From the human T2T-CHM13v2.0 reference genome, Homo sapiens, in NCBI RefSeq assembly GCF_009914755.1, contig NC_060930.1: a stretch of DNA of 64,000 nt. One strand, 5' to 3'. Below the pieces are notes generated by a model that searched no databases, was not told the DNA's origin, and was given only the letters and a program-made list of their open reading frames with translations. This document shows positions 28,562 through 47,382 of this stretch, in pieces; within the stretch, counting starts at the first letter, position 1; the number at the start of each line of letters is the position of its first letter. The position numbers were made by a program, and so were the translations under genes.

Positions 28562-29577
28562 ATGGGGAAAAAACAGAGCAGAAAAACTGAAAATTCTAAA
28601 ACTCAGAGTGTCTCTCCTCCTCCAAAGGAATGCAGCTCCTCACCAACAATGGAAGAAAGCTGGACGGATAATGACTTTGACGAGCTGAGAGAAGAAGGCT
28701 TCAGACAATCAAACTTCTCTGAGCTAAAGGAGGAAGTTTGAACCCATGGCAAAGAAGTTAAAAACCTTGAAAACAGATTAGACGAATGGATAACTAGAAT
28801 AACCAATGCAAAGAAGTCCTTAAAGGACCTGATGGAGCTGAAAACCATGGCATGAGAACTACGTGACGAATGCACAAGCTTCAGTAGCTGATTTGATCAA
28901 CTGGAAGAAAAGGTATCGGTGATGGAAGATCAAATGAACGAAATGAAGCGAGAAGAGAAGTTTAGAGAAAAAGAATAAAAAGAAACAAACAAAGCCTCCA
29001 AGAAATACGGGACTATGTGAAAAGACCAAATCTATGTCTGATTGGTGTACCTGAAAGTGACGGGGAGAATGGAACCAAGTTGGAAAACACTCTGCAGGAT
29101 GTTATCCAGGAGAGCTTCCCCAATCTAGCAAGGCAGGCCAACATTCAAATTCAGGAAATACAGAGAACTCCACAAAGATACTGTTCGAGAAGAGCAACTC
29201 CAAGACACATAATTGTCAGATTCACCAAAGTTGAAATGAAGGAAAAAATGTTAAGGGTTGCCAGAGAGAAAGGTCGGGTTACCCACAAAGGGAAGCCCAT
29301 CAGACTAGCAGCTGATCTCTCGGCAGAAACTCTACAAGCCAGAAGAGAGTGGGGACCAATATTCAACATTCTTAAAGAAAAGAATTTTCAAGCCAGAATT
29401 TCATATCCAGCCAAACTAAGCTTCATAAGTGAAGGAGAAATAAAATACTTTACAGACAAGCAAATGCTGAGAGATTTTGTCACCACCAGGCCTGCCTTAA
29501 AAGAGCTCCTGAAGGAAGCACTAAACACGGAAAGAAACAACTGGTACCAGCCACTGCAAAAACATGTCAAATTGTAA
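28562..29577 (+). pseudogene. L1 ORF1p, disrupted
   Basis: ATG 28562 (MGKKQSRK); CGA>TGA stops near 28739 and 28853, frameshift near 28970; C-terminal 186 aa open. Confidence 0.93.
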
Positions 29578-29625
29578 AGACCATCGAGGCTAGGAAGAAA
29601 CTGCATCAACTAACGAGCAAAATAA

Positions 29626-33470
<3,845 letters not shown>

Positions 33471-33719
33471 ACAATGAGAACACGTGGACACAGGAAGGGG
33501 AACATGACACACTGGGCCCTGTTGTAGGGTGGGGGAAAGGGGGTGGGATAGCATTAGGAGATATACCTAATGTAAATGACGAGTTAATGGGTGCAGCACA
33601 CTAACATGGCACATGTATACATATGTAACAAACCTGCATGTTGTGCACATGTACTCTGAAACTTAAAGTATAATAAAAAAAACTGAAAAAATTATGAAGT
33701 TGAAACTTGAAGGATTAAT

Positions 33720-34030
33720 AACTAGTCATTAAAAACAAATAACAGAAGTGGAGCTTGTGGGAAAAAAAAGCAACCTGGGTATATGTTTTGAGGCATAGAA
33801 GAGAACTTGATGTATGCTGGGACCTAAGAGGACCTGAGAATGCTCAAGGGAATGATGCCACAAGGTAAGGGTGGAGAGATGTACACAGCAAGGTTATAAT
33901 AAAGCTGCTTGGCATTGGTAAAGAATCTAGATTGGATTTGGAATGTGATGTGAAGCCTTTGAGACCTTTAAGCTAGAGAATCACATGACTTAAATTATGT
34001 CTTAGAAAAGACCACTCTGTTATATTTCTG
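33720..34030 (-). mobile_element. LINE-2 fragment (probably continuous with 26890-27530, split by MLT1A and L1 insertions)
   Basis: ggtaaagaatctagattggatttggaatgtgatgtgaagcctttgagacctttaagc...agaaaagaccactctg. Confidence 0.65.
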
Positions 34031-35211
34031 GTATTATGGGCTCAGGCAGTAAATTAGAGGTGTTTGGGTTAAATTGTATGTTGAGACCATTCATTTTGTG
34101 AAAGCATGCATTCTAGGGTTATTTGGTCTTAGAGCATGTTTTGCAAAGGCATCACTGCATTTGGAATCAAGACACCTGTGTTTAAATTATGCCTGTCTCT
34201 ATGTCTATGTAGGTGACGCTGTGCAAACCACTACTTTAGTTTTTGGTTTCTTAAACACTGCTAGGGTGGATTTTATCCCAATGACTCTTAAAGTCCCTTC
34301 AAGCACCATAACTATATAAACCTATTCACATATTTGTGTGCCAATCACACATATATTGTGCCAATTAGACCTATTTAGAGAATGCCCAGAAAATAACCCC
34401 AATATTGCCTACGCCTGTCTGGAGACAGCTAACAAATCTCTGAACATTGGTCTTTGCCCATGAAAAAAACAGCAATATAATTTATAAATATTATGTCATA
34501 ATAAGTACAGGATTTATAATTGAGAATGTTTTACTCTAATTCTGATTATTCTGACCTTTTATTCACCAACCATCTTTTGAATGTCCAGTGTATATATTAA
34601 CTGTGCTAAATGCCATGGCTATGTAGATAGTATAAGACAAAATATGTGATCCTTACAAGTAACTAGAGAAATGAAAAAGACTGAAAAAGACTGACCTGGG
34701 AACATATGATGACAATATACTGTGATTGTTGTGTGAAAATGTGGACTAAGTGTCCTGAAAATCCAGGAGAGAGGCAAGCAGTTTGCCTAAGGAGACAGCA
34801 GTGACGTTTATAAGGCTAGGTCTGTCATTTTACTTCTTGGCTCAGTTTCTCCTTCATTTCAAATGCTAGATTTAGGAAAGCTTAAACTGAGTAGTCTTCT
34901 TTTAAAATAACATCTTTACTGATATATAATCTACATACTATAAAATTCGCTGTATGAAAGTGTGCAGTTCACTGGTTTTTAGTTTATTCACAAAGTTGTG
35001 CAACCTTCACCACTATGTAATTGCAGTACATTTTCATCACCTCAAAAAGAAAACCCATACTTATTAGCAATTGTTCCCCATGTATTTTACACCTAATCCT
35101 TGGTAACCACTAATCTACTTTCTGTCTCTGTGGATTTGCTGAACCTAGACATGTCACATAAATGGAATCACACAATATATGGTCTTTTATGACTGACTTG
35201 TTTTCACTTAG

Positions 35212-35579
35212 TGTATTAGTCCATTCTCACACTGCTAATAAAGACATACTCGAGACTGGGTAATTTATAAAGCAAAGAGGTTTGATTGACTTACAGTTCA
35301 GCATGGCTGGGGAGGCCTCAGGAAACTTATAATCATGGTGGAAAGGGAAGCAAACATGTCCTTCACATGACAGGAAGAGAAGTGAGTGGCAAGTGAAGGG
35401 GGAAGCCCCTTATAAAACCATTAGATCTTGTGAGAACTCACTCACTATTAGGAGAACAGCATGGCAGAAACCACCCCCATGATTCAGTTATCTCCATCTG
35501 GTCCCTCCTATGACACGTGGGGATTATGGAAACTACAATTCAAGATGAGATTTGGGTGGGACACCGCCAAACCATATCA
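35212..35579 (-). mobile_element. THE1C/D MaLR solo LTR
   Basis: tgtattagtccattctcacactgctaataaagacata...gccaaaccatatca; 5-bp TSD cttag/tttag. Confidence 0.93.
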
Positions 35580-36185
35580 TTTAGCATAATCTTTCAAGGT
35601 TCATCCTTGATGTTGCATGGAGCATATATAAATATTTCATTCTTTTTTATTGCTGGATAATATTCCATTGTATGGATATACCACTTTTATTTATCCGGAC
35701 ATCAGTTGTTGGACATTTGGATTATTTCCACTTCTTGGCTATCATAAATAATGTTGCTATGAACATTCATGTATAGGTTTTTGTGTAGGCATTTGTTTTC
35801 AATTTTTTTTGATGTATAAATAGTCATGTGGTAACTCTATGTTTAACATTTTGTGGAACTGAAAAGCCGTTTTCCAAAGTGGCTGCATCACTTTATAATC
35901 CCACAGGCTATGAATGAGTTATCTAATTTTTCCACATCCTTGCCTTGTCATTATCAGTGATCTTGATTTTAGCTATCTTAGTGGGTGTGAAGTGATATCT
36001 CATTGTGGTTTTTATTTGCAAATCGCTAATGAATAATAAGGTCAAGCATCCTTTCATGATATATCCTCTTTGGAGAAATATCTAATCAAATTCCCTGCCT
36101 ATTTCTTTTCCGGCTCAGATTTTGTATTAGGTTATTTCTCTTTTTATTATTGTATTATATTGTTAACTGCTAGAGTATAGAAATA

Positions 36186-36544
36186 AAAGTTGAATATCCC
36201 TTAGCCAAAATGCTTGGGACCAGAAGGGTTTTGCATTTTGCATTTTTTTTTATTTTGGAATATTTGCATATAGACAAGGAGATACCTTGGGGATGGGATG
36301 AAAGTCTAAACATGAAATTATTTATATTTCATATACACATTATGCATATAGCCTGAAGGTAATTTTATACAATATTTGAAATAATTTTTTGCATGAAACA
36401 AAGTTTTGCCTGCGTTTTGACTGCAACACATCACATGAGGTCAGGTGTGCAATTTTCCAATGTGGTATTATGTTGGTGCTCAAAAAGTTTTTGATTTTTG
36501 AGCATTTTGAATCTTGAATTTTTGGATCAGGGATGTCCAAACTG
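36186..36544. mobile_element. Tigger4b/MER46-type Tc1-mariner MITE
   Basis: gttgaatatcccttagccaaaatgcttgggaccagaag...ggatcagggatgtccaaactg; TIRs and TA flanks. Confidence 0.85.
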
Positions 36545-36755
36545 TATAACTGATTTTTTGTATATTGATCTTATATTCATCACCCTTGCTGAGCTTGTTT
36601 ATTAATCCTAACAAGTTATTTGTGGCCTGCTTAGAATTTTCTATATAGAAGATCATGTTATCTGCAAATAGGAATAGTATTCTTTGTTGCTTTCCATCTT
36701 TTCTGGATATCTTTTATTTATTTTTCTTGCCTAACTTCCCAGCCTACATTCTTTA

Positions 36756-37149
<394 letters not shown>

Positions 37150-38754
37150 TCATAGAGGACATTTATCAAATTGAGAAAGTTCTATTTTAGTTTACTGATT
37201 ATTTTATTATGGAAGATTTGGGGTTGTTTCAAATGCTTTATCTGCATCTTTTGGATGACCGTGTGGTTTTTATCTTTTATTCTATGAATGTGATATATTA
37301 ATTAACTTTCAGATGTTAAACCAACCTTGCATTCCTTTGATAAGTTATATTTGGTCATGGTGTACATAATCTTTTTTACGTGTGGCTGGATTTAGTTTGC
37401 TGGTAATTTGTTGATGATTTTTTTATAAGGGGTATTGGTCTGCAGTTTCCTTTTTGGATCATATGTTTGTCTTTTGATGTCAGGGTAGTATTGTTTTTTA
37501 CTCTCCATTTCATTTATTTCTGCTCATGTCTTTATTATTGTCTTCCTTCCATTTGCTTTTGGTTTAGTTTGCTCTTCTTTTTTGAATTCCTTCTACAAGC
37601 TACCTTCTGGGCTTTTAGTATTTACAGATACTTTGTTTCTTGGGGCAGCTGGTTTTGAAGGCTGTTGTAGATAGGAAGAAAGGAATGGAATAAGTGAAAG
37701 TGAAAATAGCATAAAACATACTGTTCTTTCCATCTTATTCAGTATCTTTTCTTGAATAATTGCTCCTTGGATTGTTGAAAGCTTGTGGTTAATTTCAAAA
37801 GTTCTCAAAAAATTGATTTTGACAAATTTTGCCAGTGTTCTTATTGCTTTTATGGAGGATATAATTTTTGAAGGCCCTTATTTTTTATTCTAGAAGTGCT
37901 TTTTTTCTGTAGTCTTCTTTTAACTGTATTTGACAGAAAGAGAATGATCTGCAATATTTTGAGGAGACAGTTGTACATTTATGTGAACACAAAGTAGATG
38001 ATGATATGATGTAGATGAGAATTAAAATTCCCTTCAATGCTTATAATAGGGAGAATAAAACATTCTGGGTAGTCAGTTTGTGAGTATGTACCATTGACAT
38101 GGGACCCTGGCAATTCTTATACAGTGGGAATCCTGATTATCTTTGCTCTGGTGAGGAAATGGTAATGTGCTAATAGACATAACTAAAATATTTCATATTA
38201 TTAGCTGAGTTCAGTCCATTAAATCTTTAAAAGATTGCCTCTTGAGAAAAGCGCATATGCCAACACACCCTGTAGGGTCTACTCATGATGGCCCGTGGTA
38301 TAGACATAGGCAGAGACAACATGTGTTCACTACAACTGATGTAAGAGAACATGCTTCCATCTCTTTCTCTTAGTGTTTATTCCCTATTTTTATCCCTGCT
38401 CTATCTTAATATTTACATATTTTGATTCAGTTATTAATACTTAAATTTCATTTTAATGGGAGCACATTAAGGCTGAAATATATTGCCAGTGAAAACAGTG
38501 GTAATAATAATTTGCTTTTTTTGTAAATAACACAAGTGCCATTATGGTAGTTTGATAAAAACTATACTTTGCTTCTTGAGATGGTATACAGTGCCTCTGT
38601 AGATGTGACTCTTTCCATTTTACCAATTGGATGTGAAAGAGACAAATTTCTTTATTTTAAATAAGAAATAATGCACACAATGGAGAACTGATATTAAAAA
38701 TAAAGTAAGGTAAAAACATTAGCATGGTGGATGTACACAGTGCATCACAATGGT

Positions 38755-40000
38755 GGCATTTGTTTATTTATTTAAAAATATTTCAGAGCATTTATTATGT
38801 ATTGGAAACTGTTCTGGATTCTAGAGATACAGTAGTAAATAAGAAAGATAAATTCTGTTAAGGAAGAGTCATGATAAATAGATGCAGTTTAATTTTCAAA
38901 AATACTTAAGGAGAAAATTTTCAAAATAAAGAGAATAGGGGCAGGGAGTATTGCTGCAACATATTGCAATAATATGTAGGTACCCAAGAAAGGGCTTAAC
39001 TAAGAAAGTGACATTTCAGTAACAACCTGAAAGAATTGTGTGTGAGCCATTCTGGGCAGAAGGACATGCAAGTGCAATATCCACAAAATGGAACTGTGCC
39101 TGGATCACTGGGGAGGCATGTGTGCTTGCAGCAGAATCAAGACCAAAGAGGTTTCAAAGTGGCAGATCTTTATTAGCCAATGGAGGCACTTTGGATTCTG
39201 CTTTGTGTGAAGTAGGGAGACACTTGAAGAGTTTGGCCTGAGAAGTGATATGATCTGAGGTACATTTGAACCATATCACTGTAGCTGCTGGGCTAAACAA
39301 CCCATAAGAGTGCAGGCTAGAAACAAGGATATTACTTGAGGGCTATTGAAGTAATATAGATGAGAGGCAATGACTTTGCTAAGGGTAGTAGCAGCCTAGG
39401 TTTTAAGTATTAGTTGAATTTTAGATATATTTTGGAAGTAGAATTGAAAGGATTTCCTGACAGATAAAATATGGAGTGTAAGGAAAAAGAGTCAAGAATA
39501 ATTAAGTTTTTTTGGTCTCAACAAACATAAAAATGGAGTTTCCATTTACTGAGATGGGGACGACTTTTAAAGAAATGGATTTATGTGTTTGTGTGTGTGT
39601 GTTGGTAGGGGTGGAGGTTGAAATATCAATAGCTTGATTTTAGACAAGATAAATCTGAGGTGCCTATTAGACATCATAGATGGAGTTATAGAATAGGCAT
39701 TTATATACACAAATCTAGAGTTTAGGAAGATGTCTGAGCTGGATAAATATACTGAGAGTTATCAGGATACAGATGTCATTTAAAGCCATGGGCTGGGAAG
39801 ATTACCAAGGATGAGAGTATTGGGAGAAAATAGCAATGATCCCAGGTGTGAGCCGTGGGACATTTCTCCATTTAGAGGCTGGAGAGAAAAACAGGAAACC
39901 CAGAGAGTGTAGTAACCTGGAAGCCAGTGAAGAGTGTCTCAAGGAAGACAGTGAGCAGATTAGGATTGAGATTTGGCCATTTGGTTCAGCAATATAGAAA
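38755..40000 (-). mobile_element. long LINE-2 element
   Basis: starts tttatttatttaaaaatatttcagagcatttattatgt; tctgaggtgcctattagacatc; aggattgagatttggccatttggttcagcaa. Confidence 0.8.
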
Positions 40001-41194
40001 TAATTGTTTGATTGAGCAGATATTCTCCCCAAGAATGTAAAATTTATAATTTCAAGGAATTATGTGCCATATCTTAGACTATAGTGCTCAACATTTTAAT
40101 AGATGTTAGAAAAGATGCTGAGTTGGAATGCACAATCATAGCCATTAGGGAAGAAGGCCTCCACTGGCTTTTTAGATGACCTGCTTGATTAGATAAGAAA
40201 TTGACTAAGAGGCGGCAGTGTGATTCCTGCCCTGTGTTGATGTATCATGGAGTTGTTTTAAGAGAAGTGCAAACCTTATGGCTCTTACTATATTTTCATA
40301 CTAAAAATTCCTTATGTGGTATTACTTCATATTTGAGGTATGATAACTCCAAACCCATAGGATGAAAATACTTATATGAATTTTGAATGAAATCAGATTT
40401 GTAGGTGTTTGTACATGTATACACGTGCTGTCAGTATAGTGTAATTGGCTTTCAATTTAGAAGTTTATTTAGGCATTAAACTGTTGTTATATCTGAGATC
40501 CCTTTATAGATTGCAGTCAACACAAACCTTGGTCAGCAAATGAGGTCACTAATATTTACTGTGTTCACTTGCCAGTGCTCAAGTGAGGATCAGATAAGAA
40601 AATTAAAAGGAGAAAATCATGTGACATTGTCATGTTATGAATAACATGTGACAATCTTTTCTTACATATAAAAACCTTTGCAGGTGTTATAGCGATCACT
40701 ATAGTAAAACCCTTTTACATTTTCTATTTGAGGGAATTTGTGATAGAGATAATGCAAAACATAGACTAATCAAATGTGGATTTATATTTTGGATTTTTGT
40801 AATGTAATTTGAATGGCTGTAGACTTAACATTCTGGAAAATTATTTCACCTTGATAATCTGACTAAAGGAACTAGGAAATTATTTAAATATATTTTCCCT
40901 TTCCTGTTCTTCTTGGTTTCTGTGCTGAATCTTGGCTCCGTGGGAATGTGGGTCCTATGTCTTTGGAGGGGGATGAGAGTGATGGCATTTTATCAGTTTA
41001 GTTTTTGAAGTCTGGTTAATTGCAGTTTTTTTCCCCACATAGGCATGTGAATTTACATATATTGTCCAGATAGTTGGTCCTAATGTGGTATTCACCATTG
41101 TCTTGTAAGATCCTTGAGGATTGAGGGCATGTCTTGTTTTGCCAAGCTATACCAGATATTCTATAACTCTGAGAACTGATGTAACACCATCCCA

Positions 41195-41345
41195 AAGAGC
41201 TTAGGCTTCAGAGGCAGAAAACTGGGGTTCAAATCCTGCTCTGTCACTTCCACAACAAGTCACTCAACTTCTCAGAGTGTTTTCTTATTTGACAATAACA
41301 GTAATTACACTTATTTGGAATAACATATCAAAGTTAGTTCTACAT
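41195..41345 (+). mobile_element. MIR SINE
   Basis: ggggttcaaatcctgctctgtcactt...caagtcactcaacttctcagag. Confidence 0.7.
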
Positions 41346-42788
41346 ATAGTCAGTTCTTACTCTTTTTAATATAGCAGTCAATTAGTATTAATTAATAATT
41401 GCTACTAATACTATAATGATAACATTCTATGATGCAAGTTTGTCCTACCTTCTTTAGAGGTACTGGAGATAATAAGGTGTCTGCATTGCAAAATCCTTTT
41501 CAAATAGTCTGCACAATAGCCGAAGTAAACCCTTAAAATCACATAGTTTTTCCTGCTTAAAACCTATTGGTGTTATCTTTGTAAAAACATCTTCACTTGT
41601 TTGGAAAGCCATGTTCTAAACCCAAGCCCTTGGCCCACTCAGCCTCTTTGCACCATGTACCAGCAGCCCTTGCCTTCTGCTGCTTTCTTATGCCAAAGTC
41701 CTTTATGCCTCAGGGTCACTGCCTCCTAGGGGTCTTCTCACTCTCCTTCCTTCACTACATCTGTTGGTCAATTCCTGCTCTCCTTTTATTTCTCCATTTG
41801 CAGTGCACTTGATATTTCAATGGTATTTGATGGTTTGTGGCTGGAGAAGTCAGAAATGTTGGACTATTCTTCCCATGAAATTCTCAAAGAACAATAATAT
41901 ATGGCAAAGAACTACTGTCTCTTTAGTGGGATAGTGCTGGGAACTCGCAAAGAGTACTTTGGTGAAGCAAGTTGGAGAACATGGCTTAGACTGGATAAAA
42001 GAGTGCAAGTAAGATGCCCAGACTCCAACAAGGAATCTGACTGAATTTACCCACATTTTAAATGTGAGCATTCTTTTCTGAAACTAAACCCTGTTAGAAT
42101 ACTAGCCACTCTTTTAATATGTTATCACTGAGTACCTGCTATATGTGATACTGTACTGATTACTGTATCTGTTTTATTTTAATTCCAAGATATTCCATAT
42201 TCATTTTCTAACTAAAGTTGTAGTGAATGTGATAGAATAGATGATTCACTCACTCTCTAATTTGGCTACATTCATAAGAACATGCCCATAGATAGATAAA
42301 AGTTAATGATCTTGCCCCATATTTCATCATAAAGAGTTGGCTCACTTTAGATTGAAATTGTCTCTTACTTCTCCGTCTAAGAAGGCATTCTATGTGAGAC
42401 CATAATTTTTTTAAACAATAATCTTAATAAATGTGTTTCCTTCTGTTGAAATTAAAGAATTCACATGTTTGTACTGAAATAAATTGTTGTTTAGTGCAAA
42501 TATACTAGAAGCTTTCAAAATGTGATTATAGGGGCTTTGGGTATTGAAGCTGACAGTTGTTGATGAACAGTATTTGCCAGTGATATACTCAATTTGGTAT
42601 ACAACAACTCTTTAATCATTTATCAGATCTATACTATTTTCCATATGCTTGGAGTATACAAGGGTAAATATGATGCAATCCCTGTCCTTGAGGTCCTTAT
42701 CTAGATGAACAGATAATAGCAGCAGCATGTAGTAAGTTATGTGTAAAACTTAAGCCCAGTATACCTGGTGCACGAAGAAAGAACACAG

Positions 42789-43270
42789 TGTCAGTTGGGG
42801 TTATATTTGTCTTGGAGTAGTAATAACAACAGAATACCCCAAATAACAAGATCAAAATTTATTTTTCTCTCAGGTCTAACAAGGTATAGTAGGAATTGTG
42901 TGGTGCCTCACCAGGTCCAGAGCTCAGGCTTCTCTCCTGTCCTGTTACTCTCCTGTTTGTGGCTTTCATTCCCAAGTTTTCTCATGGTCCCAAGTGGCTG
43001 CTGGTATACAGATAGGTCTGCATGGAGCCATCAGAAAGCAGGAAGGGGAGAATGCAGAATTCACCCTCACCTTTGAGGAGTAAGTCCCAGAAGTTGTACA
43101 TAGTACATTGGCACGTATCCCATTGACTAAAAAGTGGCCCATGGCCATCCATACCTGCATATACTGAGAGTTTGAAAATACAATTTTTCTTCCAAGCAGT
43201 TTTATCCTCAAGTAGAATGATAGGTTATCTTGTTATGAAAGAGAGAAAGAATGGATATTAGGGGACAACT
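42789..43270 (-). mobile_element. MLT1J/K/L-type MaLR LTR
   Basis: tgtcagttggggttatatttg...cccagaagttgtacatagtac...gtatcccattgactaaa. Confidence 0.7.
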
Positions 43271-44975
43271 AAGTATAATAAAATCCCACCCAGCTAGGAG
43301 TGAAAGTGAAAAGAACTATGAAGTGTTAATAATAAAATGATAATATTAGTGTGTGATGTTTTAACTTTAAGCTATATTGTTTTCCAAAAAATATTTACAG
43401 AAAATTTATAGTTTAATTGAAAACTCACTGTAACTTGCAGCCATTGACAGCAAAACGTTTAAGTTGTTTACACATAAAGGTGGAGCATGCTGCAGGGGTA
43501 TCTTAGCAGTTCTCCCAACAAGATGGAGTCCCCTGTTCCCCTTGTTCAAACTTGGGCGTTATCATTATTATATTTGCCAAATTATTACATGTAAATGTTT
43601 ATGTGAATGTGAAAAACTTATAAGGAGAGTAGGTGATCCACCTTTCTAACATATTCTAATACATTAGGTACATTTATATTACATATTTGTTGTAGTATAG
43701 AAGAAAAATATTCAATACCTTAGTGTATGGTTGTTAACTTCAGACAAAATATGTAACCTCATTAAGCATTAAATAATTAGGCAATTAGTGTCTTAAATGC
43801 TTTACATTATGCAGAAAACCTTGGTGAATTGTTAAGTATGTTTAAGAAGATTTTAGTCGTGTTCGATGAAATTGGTTTGAGATTTTTGGATAGGCTTTAA
43901 ACTCTTTATCATTTTTTTCCCATTTAAAATATTGAAACAAAGACTCTCTCTATCTGAAAACTTACTATCAAACCCATTTTCTGGAACATATTAGGTGCAA
44001 ATAAAGAGGAATGCCTCTAATGAATGAATCCTAAAGCAGGAGGACACAGTGGGGAGGAGACTGACTAGAAAGGCAGAGGCTTTATTCATAATGTATTCTT
44101 AATGTAATATGAATATTGAAAGATGATTTTTATAAGTGACATTAAACACACACATCCAGATACACATAAATGTACAGATTTTAGTCCTTTCATTCCCTTA
44201 CCTTTGACTGCTTACTCGTGCATGAGTTCTCCATCTGTGGAAACAGTTGAGAATTGCAGGCTGTTTCTGTTTGGAGTGATTTTTGAATTATTTTGCTTTC
44301 TACAGAGAAATTCAACAAAGGAAAAAAATAGTCATTTAATCTTAACTGGGAAGCTTTTCAATGTGATTTAAATTACCCAAATCATGCAAAAGACTCATTT
44401 ACACTCTGAAAGAGCAAGAAAAATATTGTTAAACGTTTGATTTGATAGCTAACATATACATTTTAGGTCTGATTTATGATATAGAACAGTGTCATACTTA
44501 CGTGTTGTAAATAAATAGCACAGTAGCTTTCTAATGTAATTGAAGTTTTTAACACACTTGATAGTTTTAAATAATTCATATGTAATTCCAATAACTTAAA
44601 TTGTTACAATATTTTGTAGTTGTAGGGTTTTTTTGTTATTAAAGTATCTAAAATTCACTCTCAAGAAATCTAGATTTACATATATTTCCTGTAGGAAAAT
44701 GTGTCCTTATTTGATAAAACTTTTTTTCTAGTCAATGTTTAAAAAATAGAGAAAGAGAAAAACTTTCAGTAAGTATGATGTTATTTGAGATATGGGAGAC
44801 ATAGCTTTGTGATCTTTTTTAATTTGTAAGTTTTTTTTCATTCCTATGCTATTTGTAGCTAAGTCAAGAATTTCATTGATTTGGATTAGACAGAATTGTT
44901 ACATAGTATCGTTGTACTATGCAGGTATCTTGTTTGTGTAAAATATTGAAACCAAATTTATTTCATGCTGAATTT

Positions 44976-45038
44976 ATAGAGATATTTACTTCATAGAGAT
45001 ATTTACTTCATAGAGATATTAACTCATAGAGATATTTA
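44976..45038. repeat. 17-bp minisatellite (atagagatatttacttc) x ~3.7
   Basis: read directly. Confidence 0.92.
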
Positions 45039-45569
45039 AATAAATACACTTTACATGTACTAAATATTATTTAATAAGAATCAAGTGTTTTGCACATAAT
45101 ATGTTTCAGACACTATACTGAAAATTTTTTGTAAGCTAACATGGAAAGGTTGACTCCTTCAAAGACATGTCCATCTAGGAGGAGAAGACTGTGTCTTAAT
45201 GAGGTGAAACTACAAAGCTTTAGTGTCTCAATAACTTATCACAAAAATCAGCCTATAAAACATGATTTTAATGTACTAATTAGCTTTAAAGGAAATCTGC
45301 AGGTGAACTTACGAAGCAAAGTTCCTTTACTTGCCTCTCAAGCATTTCTCTTACTACATCTCTCTTTCTGCCTACTGGTTTTTTATTTTATTTTCTTAGC
45401 TCTTTCTTCCTTCTTGGCTTCTTTGTTCCTCATTGTAATGTATGCCCATCTTCTTCTGTTCCTAGGGTTTCTCTACAAATTCTCATTTTTACTCTTATTG
45501 TAGTTTTCTCTAGCAAGATGCACTCCTACTTCTGAATCTAATAGACTTTGACTTTATCAAAATTTACAC

Positions 45570-45710
45570 ATCATCTCTTAGTCTTAGTCTCTTCATTTGT
45601 GAAATGGAGATGCCAATCCTGACCTCATAAAGTTATTATGAAGATTAAATGAAATAATGAATGTAAAGTGTTTGACATATACAAGGCACTCAAATAATAT
45701 TTGTTATTTG
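45570..45710 (+). mobile_element. MIR SINE
   Basis: cttagtctcttcatttgtgaaatggagatg...gaagattaaatgaaataatgaatgtaaagtg. Confidence 0.8.
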
Positions 45711-45869
45711 TATTAAAATTTAGCTCCCAGGATTTCACCTAATATCATTGTCAATATATTTAGTCAGCAATGGCTTCTTTACATTTTCTCAGTTTTCAGG
45801 GGTCTGCAGATGATCACTAGGCTACAAATAATATCTCCACCAGCTTTCAACTTAATAAAACCAAAATAA

Positions 45870-46402
<533 letters not shown>

Positions 46403-46848
46403 AAAGTCTGCGTTCCTTTTTTGCCACGTGCTCCTTATATTTGTTTTAGACTTTTACAGACATTTGCTTCTTTGAGTTTGGTTTTTCCCCAAGGATCCTT
46501 CTTTGTGATGGTAAGTAGGGCAGCTTCACACTCACACATAGTGTGAAGAAGTGAAGGGATTTACTCACATAGGTGGAAGAGCTGAAATTTAAAAACAGGT
46601 TAATCTACTTCAATGTCCTGCCTCTGCTGCTTCTCTAAAATGAAGCTAGTAGTTTGCAAAATATTTATATATTGCTAGATAATACTCTTAACTATAATGC
46701 GATATAAGTAATATACCACACACCATTATTCTACCTATAATGGAATGTGTGTCCATACTGCACACATAGTGCACACAGTTGCACTAATTTTCCAAAATAA
46801 TATTTTGTCTAGTAGAACTCCCAGTTGAGTTGATGGCTAGGACCTTTT

Positions 46849-47382
46849 TGTACTAGTTATCTATTGCTTCACTCGCATAAATTACCCCTAAATGTAGTGT
46901 CTCCCAACAACTATAATCGTCTCTTGTATCTCATGGCTTCTATAGGTCAGGAATTTGAGAAAAATTTCTATGAGTGGTTCAGGCTTGGATTCTTTCATGA
47001 GGTTACAGTCAGATGTTAGCTGATGCTATATTCAACTAAAGACTTGACTAGTGCTGGAAGATTCGCTTCCAAAGTGATTCACTGATATGACTGGCAACTT
47101 GGTGCTAGAAAAGGTCATCCTTCTACAGATGGATCTCTCCATGGAGCCACTTGTGTATCCTCCCAAGATGGCAGCTAACCTCCTCTAGAGCAAGAAACCC
47201 AAGAAATCAAGGCAGAAGCTGCAATGTCTTTATGACCCAGACTTAGAAATTGCATACTGTCACTTACTTCATATTTTATTAGCCTTACAGACCAGCCCTG
47301 CGTCAATGCAGAGAAGGCCTACATAGAGCCCGAATTTTACAGGTGTGGATTTTCAGTGGCTATCTTGGAGGTTGGCTACCAC
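46849..47382 (-). mobile_element. MLT1F/G/H-type MaLR LTR
   Basis: tgtactagttatctattgct...ggctatcttggaggttggctaccaca. Confidence 0.82.

Noticed and set aside
44976-45038. CRISPR-like array
   Set aside because: No spacers, eukaryotic context; plain minisatellite.
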